A stretch of 64,000 nucleotides of DNA from an uncultured virus (IMG/VR IMGVR_UViG_3300001041_000018) (lineage: Duplodnaviria > Heunggongvirae > Uroviricota > Caudoviricetes), in the IMG/VR virus record IMGVR_UViG_3300001041_000018; one strand, written 5' to 3'. Shown here piece by piece: positions 44,836 through 53,087 of this stretch. The notes beneath the pieces are model-generated. The model was not told the origin of the DNA. It searched no databases and saw only the letters and a list, made by a program, of their open reading frames with translations. The translations under genes were made by a program, and so were the position numbers. Numbering within the stretch: the first letter of the stretch is position 1; the number at the start of each line of letters is the position of its first letter.

Positions 44836-47063
44836 TCGAGTTCACCCGAGTAGTGGCCCGAGACTGCTTCGCCTACAAGTACCTCGACTTCACGTTCGAG
44901 AATGGAATTCACTCGGTCATCGGCAACAACGGCGCCAGCAAGACGAGCCTTTTCCTGACGCTGATCCAGGGCCTGTTCAACAAGAACCCGAAGGGCACCA
45001 AAGTAGACGACGTGAATAACGAGATCACAGGCCAGCCTTATGAGATCGAAATCTGGTTCACCAAGGGCGCTTCCGAGTGGTATGTCAAGAACTCGAAGAA
45101 GACCGGTGAGATCGAGATTTACGAAGAGGTCAACGGAGCGAAGCACAAGCGGCACCTGAAGCGAATCCCGGACAACCTGAAGTTCCTCGAAGAGGTCCTC
45201 GAAACCGACTATTCAACTTTCGTGGATCTCGTTTACCAGAGCCCGAAAAGCTCCTTGAATCTCCTCGAATCCTCCTCCGATGGCGAGAGGAAAAAGTTCA
45301 TCTCCAGAGTCAATCGCCTGGATGAACTCGACGCTGAATTCGACCGGATGAAGGAGAAGGAAAAGGCTCTCGCAGGAAAGCATGGCAAGATCCTGATGCT
45401 CCAGAAGCAGATCGAGTTGATGGAGCAGGGCGTGGTTCATCCTCAGCCTGAACTTGAGGAAGTCGAGGTTGCTGAGCTTGAATCCAGACTGAAGAATCTT
45501 TGGGTTGAAGTTGATAACTTGAAAGCTCAGCAACTGGAACTCTCCAGAGATCGAAGCGATCTCACAGAGCTATTGAAAAAAGCCGAGGCGAACCAAGCGA
45601 CACAAGAGAAGATTCAGGAGTTAGAAGACGAGATTAAAACCTTCGAACTCCCCTCTTTATCGAAGGAAGACGCACAAAGCAGAGCAACTAAGCTTCAGGA
45701 AGAACTCAGGTTCACCGAATCCAAGCTTCAAGAGGCTCAAGGGGTTCTCGCTAGGTACGAAAAGGCCAAGCCTCAGATCGAGCGGCTGCTTCCATTGAGG
45801 GAAGAACTTTCCAAATTGGAAACTCCTGAAGTTGAAGCAGAGTTCGCTGAGGAGCAACTGAGGAAGATCGAGAACCTCAAGACGAAGACGCAGGTTGCCC
45901 GAAGTCAGAAGGGATCGGAGCGCCTGAGCCTTGAGAATTCCGCGAAGTCCTGTGCCTGCCCTACCTGCGGACATTCGGTTGACTCGACGCAGTTTGAAGG
46001 GCAGATCGAAGAGCTTTCTGCTCAGATCGAAGCCGACAATGCTCTCATCGAAAAATGCGAGTCCTCCCTCTCAAAGTACCGCCTCATCCAGAAGGCTTGG
46101 CAGGAAATCACCAGGAAAACTCAGGAGCTTGAAAAGCTCGAAGCCAACCCGGATACCAAGATCGACGGGAATCAAGCTCAGCTTGATGTGAGTTGCTTCG
46201 AGGATCGCAAGCGTCGGATTCAATTGAACTTGCAGGAAGCGGTATTAATCGGGATGGAGCACCTGCAGTTCGAGCAGAGGCAGTTCGAGTTGAACCGGTT
46301 GAAAGCTGAAGTTGGTCCTGCGGTTGAGGTTGATCCTCTGGTTTTGATGGCTATTGATTTGAAGTTGGGCGAATTGGTTTCTAAGTTGATTTCAGTAAAA
46401 AACGAGGTTTCCCAAATTGATACTGAAGTAACCAAGGCCAAGGACCACAACGCTTTATCGAGAGCCCGAAAAGAACTTAATCGTCAGGTCGAGGAAAACA
46501 ACCGGGATTTATTGCTCCGATTGGACGCTTCCAGAAATGAGTTGTTTCAGGCAGAAAGTACCTTGGAGGACATCAGGAATTGGTTGGGAATCCTCGGGCC
46601 GAAGGGTTACCGAGTCAGGAAAATCGACAGGTTCCTGAGGAGCTTCAACATCCTGATCCGGAAATATTCGGAGATGATCACCTCGGGAAGAATCGCGTGC
46701 GTCTTCTATCTCGATGAAGATGGTGAGGTCCAATTCACGGTCACCGACAGCCACAAGACGGTCAAGTGGGCGAACTGGTCGGAGGGTGAGAAGGCGAGGG
46801 TCAAGATGTCCTGCCTCTTCGCTACGTTGGAAATTTTGGAAGCCACAGGCTCCTCTTCGTTCAACGTGCTTTGCCTCGATGAAATCTTCGGGTCGTTGGA
46901 TGAAGAGGGGAAGGCTGGACTTTTTGAGGTGCTGGGCTACCTGAAGGAGCAGGGCCGCTGCATCGCCATTATCGCTCACTCCGAACTGGCGCTGCCGATG
47001 ACCTACACGAGCATAATCAGAGCTACTAAACACGAGGACGGAACGACATCAATTCAGCAATGA
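44829..47063 (+). CDS. sbcC: SbcC/Rad50-like ATPase
   Basis: GNNGASKT, coiled coil with CPTCG hook, WSEGE signature, LDEIFGSLD, IAH. Confidence 0.92.
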   Translation: MVVEFTRVVARDCFAYKYLDFTFENGIHSVIGNNGASKTSLFLTLIQGLFNKNPKGTKVDDVNNEITGQPYEIEIWFTKGASEWYVKNSKKTGEIEIYEEVNGAKHKRHLKRIPDNLKFLEEVLETDYSTFVDLVYQSPKSSLNLLESSSDGERKKFISRVNRLDELDAEFDRMKEKEKALAGKHGKILMLQKQIELMEQGVVHPQPELEEVEVAELESRLKNLWVEVDNLKAQQLELSRDRSDLTELLKKAEANQATQEKIQELEDEIKTFELPSLSKEDAQSRATKLQEELRFTESKLQEAQGVLARYEKAKPQIERLLPLREELSKLETPEVEAEFAEEQLRKIENLKTKTQVARSQKGSERLSLENSAKSCACPTCGHSVDSTQFEGQIEELSAQIEADNALIEKCESSLSKYRLIQKAWQEITRKTQELEKLEANPDTKIDGNQAQLDVSCFEDRKRRIQLNLQEAVLIGMEHLQFEQRQFELNRLKAEVGPAVEVDPLVLMAIDLKLGELVSKLISVKNEVSQIDTEVTKAKDHNALSRARKELNRQVEENNRDLLLRLDASRNELFQAESTLEDIRNWLGILGPKGYRVRKIDRFLRSFNILIRKYSEMITSGRIACVFYLDEDGEVQFTVTDSHKTVKWANWSEGEKARVKMSCLFATLEILEATGSSSFNVLCLDEIFGSLDEEGKAGLFEVLGYLKEQGRCIAIIAHSELALPMTYTSIIRATKHEDGTTSIQQ

Positions 47064-48595
47064 AAATCGAACTTTCCAACATCGAAGAAGTTTTGAACTT
47101 CAGGAATTCCTTGGTTGAACTCAGGTCACCTAAGGAAAAACGGAGGCAATTCGCTGAGGGGGTTCTGAAGCTTCCAGAGGAATCCGAATGGCTCCTCACT
47201 TTCGCCTGCTGGTTCTGCATGTTGAATTTTCGGTTCAAGGCCATCGACGACTCCAGGTACCACTCAGTCCCGGAACTAGAAATTTCTGAGGCATCATTCG
47301 GTGGATTTCTGGAAGTCGTCAGGTTCTTCAACCGGAAAACTGTGACTCGCACGAGGGAGTCAGAGTTAATTCGATTTCTAGCGAAGACCAGCAGGATCGA
47401 CCGCGAGTTTTACCTCTCGCTAGTTTCAAAAAGTTTTACCAAAGGATTGCCCGTCATGGAGATTCAGACCTCGCTCGACCTTGGTGTGGTTAACACCTTC
47501 GAAATTTATAAGGCACCTGAGGCCCTCCAGACAAGCTTCGCCGCGTTGAACTACCCGGTCGCCATCTCCGCTGTTATGGCCCCCGACATGAGGCTGGGGG
47601 TGGTTTCCAAGGAGCCCAGATCAACTAGGTCATTTGAGTGTGAAGCAGGAAAATTAGTTGGAATTAAGCCATTACTTCCCGTGGATATGCAGTACATCGG
47701 AACTCCACGATTTACCCTGACGGGGTACGCGGGGCGGTTGAATTCAGGAAGGACCGTGTTTCACCCAGTCGATTACTTCGACAATCTGAAGGAGTTTGCC
47801 TTGACCCTCAATGGCAAGCCCACGACCCCGTTTCCCGAGCGAGTAGAGAAGCTGCGCAGGTTTCAAGACAACAACCTCTTGACACAGATCACGCCCAATT
47901 ATGTGGGCCTCGCATTTCGGGAAGAGGAAGTTTTGGGCGAAGTCGTCAAGGTCATGGAGCACTCGGATTGCGAGTACCTCACGCTGACCGACCAGGATAC
48001 CGCCAGAACCGGGGAATCTCATGTGGTTGAGGTCAGGGTGACCGTGGGAATCGTAGAACGATTCTGGCACGTAGGCGGGAACGCCAAAGGGTTTTTAGTT
48101 TGGTTCAACGGGGATCTCTTCCGAGTAGCTTTCAGCTTCGCGGGAAGGGACAACGCTCTCCTGAACAACATCAAGCCGGCGAAAGGCAAGCTCTTGGAAT
48201 TCCTCTACTTGAAAGTAGGCGGGACCAAGATCGGTGTTGGTAGGAAGATCCTCTGGGACAAGGCCCCTTGGCGAAGATACAGGCTGCATGGAAAACACAC
48301 CCGGCTGGAAAAATGCACCCTTTGTGGGGGCACAAATGCTCCTTCACATGGCGCCGGGATCTGTGCGATCTGCGACAAAAACATGAAGTATTATTTTGAG
48401 CACAATGGAGTTGGGAACTGGATCGTAGCCAAGGGTGTGATGAGCAAGAAACGGCGGAAATCGTCGTGGGAACCTGAAATGCTTGAGATGGTGCCTTATA
48501 AATACAAGGGGCACCGGATCGAAGCGAGAGAAGACGGATGCTGGCGATTTCTGCCAGTGGAAATTAAAGGAGATGAGGATAGCGAAGAGAATTAG
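47060..48595 (+). CDS. Inactive ATP-dependent DNA ligase paralogue with C-terminal zinc finger
   Basis: Colinear similarity to the 33102 ligase by eye, with catalytic residues replaced; CTLC...H...CAIC extension. Confidence 0.65.
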   Translation: MKIELSNIEEVLNFRNSLVELRSPKEKRRQFAEGVLKLPEESEWLLTFACWFCMLNFRFKAIDDSRYHSVPELEISEASFGGFLEVVRFFNRKTVTRTRESELIRFLAKTSRIDREFYLSLVSKSFTKGLPVMEIQTSLDLGVVNTFEIYKAPEALQTSFAALNYPVAISAVMAPDMRLGVVSKEPRSTRSFECEAGKLVGIKPLLPVDMQYIGTPRFTLTGYAGRLNSGRTVFHPVDYFDNLKEFALTLNGKPTTPFPERVEKLRRFQDNNLLTQITPNYVGLAFREEEVLGEVVKVMEHSDCEYLTLTDQDTARTGESHVVEVRVTVGIVERFWHVGGNAKGFLVWFNGDLFRVAFSFAGRDNALLNNIKPAKGKLLEFLYLKVGGTKIGVGRKILWDKAPWRRYRLHGKHTRLEKCTLCGGTNAPSHGAGICAICDKNMKYYFEHNGVGNWIVAKGVMSKKRRKSSWEPEMLEMVPYKYKGHRIEAREDGCWRFLPVEIKGDEDSEEN

Positions 48596-49151
48596 GAACC
48601 CTGGAGGGCAAGTAGGGCGACCAAGTAACACTGTAGAAAAATTCAAGACGTTGATCGAGCAAAGAGGGCCGGATGAATGCTGGCGGTGGAGAGGGACAAT
48701 TAATAGTAACGGGTATGGATTCTACAAACTTTGGGGAAAATACAGGCTTGCACACAGACTATCCGTTATTTTTCTGAAGGGTGAAGATCCTACGGGCAAA
48801 GTTGTTAGGCATACGTGCGACAACCCTCTTTGTGTTAACCCCGAACATCTTCTAATAGGGACAACTCAAGACAACGTGAACGACAGAGTTACTAGAAATA
48901 GGAGTGCTACCGGCGAGAGAAACTTCAACACCAAACTAACCTTGGAGCAAGTGCTGATAATTAAAAAATCAGATTTCTCCATCAACGGAACCGGCAGGGA
49001 TCTAGCTAAACAATTTGGGGTAACCCAAACCACAATTAGTAGAATCAAGCTGGGCAAGGCGTACAAGTATGTATCAACTGATATTACCACTAACGGTGAC
49101 CATCCCAAGGAAGACGAAGCCAGGGAAGAAGTATTCGCTCGGACTAAATAA
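48573..49151 (+). CDS. HNH homing endonuclease with C-terminal HTH
   Basis: CWRWRG, GYG, AHR, VRHTCDNPLCVNPEHL, DN. Confidence 0.9.
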   Translation: MRIAKRIRNPGGQVGRPSNTVEKFKTLIEQRGPDECWRWRGTINSNGYGFYKLWGKYRLAHRLSVIFLKGEDPTGKVVRHTCDNPLCVNPEHLLIGTTQDNVNDRVTRNRSATGERNFNTKLTLEQVLIIKKSDFSINGTGRDLAKQFGVTQTTISRIKLGKAYKYVSTDITTNGDHPKEDEAREEVFARTK

Positions 49152-49494
49152 TTACCGCAACTGGCAGCACCACGAGAGCAACGCGCTGAAGATCTTGTAC
49201 AAGGAAATCGTAGCGAAGGCAGTCGAGAAGGCTGAGGGCAAGCTAGGCAAGCCTCCGTACAAATTCACCTACACGATTTTCTACTCGACGAAGCGACTGT
49301 TCGATCTGGCAAACATCGGAGCGGTGGTACAGAAATTCGCAGATGACGCGCTGATTGAACTGAAGCTCCTGGAGGACGATAACTACACGTTCATCCCGGA
49401 GATCGAGTACAAGTTCGGCGGAATCGACAAGGAAAACCCAAGGGCGGAACTTATTATTTCTGAATTTCGCCCAGATGAATTCACATCTGAATAG
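49069..49494 (+). CDS. RusA-like Holliday junction resolvase
   Basis: RLFDLAN...KFADDAL...EDDN...NPRAEL. Confidence 0.8.
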   Translation: MYQLILPLTVTIPRKTKPGKKYSLGLNNYRNWQHHESNALKILYKEIVAKAVEKAEGKLGKPPYKFTYTIFYSTKRLFDLANIGAVVQKFADDALIELKLLEDDNYTFIPEIEYKFGGIDKENPRAELIISEFRPDEFTSE

Positions 49495-49502
49495 GAGCCA
49501 AA

Positions 49503-50507
49503 TTGAGTAGTTACACGAAAGAGTATCTTCTGGATCTGATCCAGCAGTACGAGGACAGACACGGAGCAATTCCCACCAGAAGGCAGATGCGGTCCGAGTT
49601 CAACGTGACCGAAGCTCCATACATGAGGGTTTTCGGGAGTTGGGAGGAAGCTAAGCGCTTGTACGAGGCTTCAAAAATTAACAGTGCAGACGCGCTAGTG
49701 CTGACGGACGACTACCTCAACGAGGATAAGTTGTACGGAAACATCATCCGCGCCCAGCAGTTCCAAGAGGAAATCGACAACATTCTCAGCAAGTACCAGA
49801 CGTTTGAAATTCTGGTGCTCTCTGACATTGAGATCCCTTATGCCAACACCGAGATGATCACGTTTGCGGTTCGTGAGGCTCAGAAGCGCGGCGTGAAGGT
49901 TGTGGTACTCAACGGAGATATCACGCACGGCGACTTCTTCTCCAAGCACGCCAAAAATGTCCACGTAGATCCTGAGATCGAGTACGGGCAACTCGTGAAA
50001 ATGATCCAGTGGTTCAGCAGCAACTTCGAGCAAGTGCTTCTTGTACGAGGTAATCACGATGACGTTGTAGAGCGCTATTGTCAGCGGAACCTGCAATACG
50101 AGTGCATGAAGTTCCTAATCAAGGCCGATCTGCTGGCTAACGTGTCGGAGCACTTTGAGAACGTACACTACGCCCACAACTGGTGGCTCAAGGTTAAGGA
50201 CACCATTTTCGCCCACCCGTCCCGCTTCACGGTAGTCCCGATGAGGACCGGAATTGGTGCTGCAGGGGCCATATCTAAGCAGGGGATCGACTTCAACGCC
50301 TTTGTGATCGGGCACTCACACCAGCTTGGCTCCTACGACAGCATGGGTGCAACGTACATCGAAACGGGTTGCTCGTGCATGGACCAGCCTTACTACCTGA
50401 ACAACAGAGCCACCGGGCTGAAATGGGTGCGCGGATTCGCGACCATCGGGTTCACACAGGGCAAATTCGACTACAACAAATCCAAATTGTGGAGGTGGGA
50501 CAAATGA
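49503..50507 (+). CDS. Calcineurin-like metallophosphoesterase with N-terminal helical repeat
   Basis: SDIE, NGD, GNHD, AH, GHSH. Confidence 0.85.
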   Translation: MSSYTKEYLLDLIQQYEDRHGAIPTRRQMRSEFNVTEAPYMRVFGSWEEAKRLYEASKINSADALVLTDDYLNEDKLYGNIIRAQQFQEEIDNILSKYQTFEILVLSDIEIPYANTEMITFAVREAQKRGVKVVVLNGDITHGDFFSKHAKNVHVDPEIEYGQLVKMIQWFSSNFEQVLLVRGNHDDVVERYCQRNLQYECMKFLIKADLLANVSEHFENVHYAHNWWLKVKDTIFAHPSRFTVVPMRTGIGAAGAISKQGIDFNAFVIGHSHQLGSYDSMGATYIETGCSCMDQPYYLNNRATGLKWVRGFATIGFTQGKFDYNKSKLWRWDK

Positions 50508-50788
50508 CCAAATATTTTCCCAAGGACGACATCATTGCCCTCGCAGGCCAGATCGTTCCGGAAGGGTATGAACTTCGGGAGCTTACGTTTTCGTGGGACC
50601 CCGAAGAACCCAAGGGCAAGGGCACCTATATCGTCTTCGGGCACGAAGGGAAGTTCTACCAAGTAGGCTGCTGGAATGGCGGCGAGAGGCCTAAAGGATT
50701 CCTCGTGAATTGGGAAGGAGACGTTCCTGGTTACGAGGTCTACTTGAACGAGGAAACGTTTCAGTGGGAGGCAGTAAATGAAAACTAG
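50504..50788 (+). CDS. Hypothetical protein
   Basis: ATGA overlap; resembles the next gene (IVF.HEGKFY / IIF.FEDKHY). Confidence 0.7.
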   Translation: MTKYFPKDDIIALAGQIVPEGYELRELTFSWDPEEPKGKGTYIVFGHEGKFYQVGCWNGGERPKGFLVNWEGDVPGYEVYLNEETFQWEAVNEN

Positions 50789-51065
50789 AAAATTCGCGAA
50801 AGACCTGATGCTCGCCATCACCAAAGAAGATGTTCCAGAAGGATTCGAGATCGTCGAAGAGGGTGAGTGGATTCAGGACTACAAGTACCAAGGCAGGGAA
50901 ATCATCTTCAAGTTCGAGGACAAACACTATTCCCTCTACGAGTCCAGGTCAGGGAGTTACCACTCCGACTGGTATTACTGCAGCGAGGACTGGAGTGAGG
51001 AAGTCGAAGTCACTGAAGTTGAGCCTGTCGAAGTCACGACAATCCAGTGGAGGGCAGTTCGCTAG
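50778..51065 (+). CDS. Conserved small phage protein
   Basis: W..D.KYQ...SRSGSYHSDWYY. Confidence 0.8.
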   Translation: MKTRKFAKDLMLAITKEDVPEGFEIVEEGEWIQDYKYQGREIIFKFEDKHYSLYESRSGSYHSDWYYCSEDWSEEVEVTEVEPVEVTTIQWRAVR

Positions 51066-51192
51066 ATGTGCTACTCGCATTGCCCGTACACAAGAATGGC
51101 CCCCGTCGATTACGGCGGGGGCGAATGCACACTGAATTTGGACCAGGTGATTCCTGAAGACGCCTGGTGTTGGGAAGGAGAGGAGGAAGAGG

Positions 51193-51411
51193 ATGCCACC
51201 GAAGAAGAAACCTGAATCTGGGATCGAATCCCTTCTGAATAAGAAGGTCCAGTTGATCGACAAGTACGGCTCCTTGGTCCCGCACGAAGGAGTCCTGAAA
51301 CAAGTAGAAGCGGGTTGGCTGACTCTCGAAACTGAATCAGGACGAACCACCTGCATCAACATTGATTTCCTCAGCGGAGTCGCTGAGGTGAGGGAGAAAG
51401 AGACAAATTGA
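51193..51411 (+). CDS. Possible Sm/Hfq-like fold protein
   Basis: LLNKKVQL...EGVLKQV...WLTL...INIDFLSGV. Confidence 0.5.
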   Translation: MPPKKKPESGIESLLNKKVQLIDKYGSLVPHEGVLKQVEAGWLTLETESGRTTCINIDFLSGVAEVREKETN

Positions 51412-52028
51412 GCGAAGAAATTATCGAATTAGTTGAAGCTGAACTGAAGCAAATCAAAAATCCGCTGATCCAGGATTTCGTGGCGTTCACACTTATGAAG
51501 GCGCCTACGTACCTGACTCAGGTAGCTAGCAGTTCGACCGGTAAATACCACCCACCACAGAGTAGGCTTGAGCCCTACGGCTTGGTCAACCACCTGAAAT
51601 CCACTGTCTCCTTCGGGATTCGTTTCGGGAGAGCCTACGGCTTCGAGAACGACGACATGGATGCGGTGATCGCAGCGTGCCTCCTCCACGACATCCTGAA
51701 ATACTCAGACTACGAGAAGGGCGTCGAGGTGAAGCAGAGGCACACCTCCAAGGATCACGATTTTTCTTCTGCCCTCTTCGTGCATAGAGCAGCGCGAGAG
51801 TTCCACGCAGAGAGGGGCGAGGAAGTCCCGATGCTTTCTGTCATCACAGGAAGCATCGCCTGGCACATGGGTAGGTGGTCGATCAGGAAGAATCCGGCGC
51901 ACGCAGTCAAAGCGTTCCCTGAAGAGTACTCACTCCACGAAATCGTCGTCCATCTCGCGGACATGGCATCGTCGAACCCGGATGTCCACATGCTTAACAT
52001 CGAACCCGCTGAAATCAGCGTAGCCTAA
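51408..52028 (+). CDS. HD-domain phosphohydrolase
   Basis: SSTGKYHP, GLVNH, LLHDILK, HMG, HLAD. Confidence 0.9.
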   Translation: MSEEIIELVEAELKQIKNPLIQDFVAFTLMKAPTYLTQVASSSTGKYHPPQSRLEPYGLVNHLKSTVSFGIRFGRAYGFENDDMDAVIAACLLHDILKYSDYEKGVEVKQRHTSKDHDFSSALFVHRAAREFHAERGEEVPMLSVITGSIAWHMGRWSIRKNPAHAVKAFPEEYSLHEIVVHLADMASSNPDVHMLNIEPAEISVA

Positions 52029-52042
52029 AGGAGCTTGTCAGA

Positions 52043-52321
52043 ATGACGTATTACTGCAGCAAATGCGAGTACCCGATAGCAGAACCAGTTGAATTCGAAG
52101 TTCCCGATGGCTTCATGTACGTCTGCCCTATCTGCACTGGGCCGGTCCTTTTCATTTCCCATGAAGAGGCCGAAGGCGATTGCCCTGGCTGCGAGCCTCT
52201 CTTTACTTCTGACGAGGCTCGCTACATGACCCACATCATCGACAAGCAGCTTGTGAAACTTCACAACGCAGCGGACCAACTTCTGAACATCAAAGAGAAA
52301 CTGGAGATTTTCAATGATTAA
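52043..52321 (+). CDS. Zinc-finger protein
   Basis: CSKC...CPIC. Confidence 0.7.
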   Translation: MTYYCSKCEYPIAEPVEFEVPDGFMYVCPICTGPVLFISHEEAEGDCPGCEPLFTSDEARYMTHIIDKQLVKLHNAADQLLNIKEKLEIFND

Positions 52322-52583
52322 GCACGAAGAACTCATCCCCTTCTACAGGGACATCGAAGCACAGGAAGCCAGGAAGAAGGACATTGGCGCGTACATCAAG
52401 GACGCCCTCACTGAATTCGCCAAGAAGTACGACGTGAGCGTGAAGTCGATCAAGGCCGACTACAAGAAGTGGAAGGAGTACCAGAAGAACTCCGACGAAT
52501 TCGTTGAGGTTGACCTCGAAGTCGATGCACTGACCCAGACATGGTGCAGGGAGTATCAAGATCGGGACAGGGAGGCAGCGTAG
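52314..52583 (+). CDS. Putative dsDNA-binding protein (T4 DsbA/GapR-like)
   Basis: Size and helix pattern KKDI...IKD...KKYDV..K. Confidence 0.5.
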   Translation: MIKHEELIPFYRDIEAQEARKKDIGAYIKDALTEFAKKYDVSVKSIKADYKKWKEYQKNSDEFVEVDLEVDALTQTWCREYQDRDREAA

Positions 52584-53021
52584 ATGCCTGTAACCGTTAA
52601 GGTTAAAAATCTGGCAGATTTCGGAGTACCTGTGTACGCCCGAATCGGGGATGCTGGTTGTGACGGGAGGGCTGCTATCGAAAAGCCTCTTACTCTCTGG
52701 CCCCGAGACAGGAAATTGGTCAGCCTCGGGATTAGTGTGGAAATCCCCGAAGGGTATGAAATACAGGTACGCCCGAGGTCGGGATTGGCGTTGAAGCATG
52801 GCATTTCGGTGCTTAATTCTCCGGGTACCATCGACGAATCGTATCGTGGAACCGTAGGTGCCATCCTGATCAACCACGGCACCGAGCCGTTCACCCTCAA
52901 TCCCGGCGACAGGATCTGCCAACTCGTGCTGAACAAGTTCGAGACGATCCAGTGGGAAGAGGTGGACGAACTGAGCGAATCGGAAAGAGGGCAGGGCGGC
53001 TTCGGCCATTCGGGAATTTAA
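52584..53021 (+). CDS. dut: Trimeric dUTPase
   Basis: AGCD, RPRSG, GTIDESYRG, RICQ, RGQGGFGHSG. Confidence 0.97.
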   Translation: MPVTVKVKNLADFGVPVYARIGDAGCDGRAAIEKPLTLWPRDRKLVSLGISVEIPEGYEIQVRPRSGLALKHGISVLNSPGTIDESYRGTVGAILINHGTEPFTLNPGDRICQLVLNKFETIQWEEVDELSESERGQGGFGHSGI

Positions 53022-53026
53022 TTTTA

Positions 53027-53060
53027 GAAAGGCTGGTGGAGAACTGCCAGCCTTTCATTT
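53027..53060 (+). terminator. Hairpin / probable terminator
   Basis: GAAAGGCTGG...CCAGCCTTTC-ATTT. Confidence 0.6.
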
Positions 53061-53087
53061 CAAACACCACAGGAGCACCAAGCATAA

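Noticed and set aside
51408..52028. DatZ / 2-aminoadenine (Z-genome) system
   Set aside because: No PurZ or MazZ in the window, and an adenine methyltransferase is present
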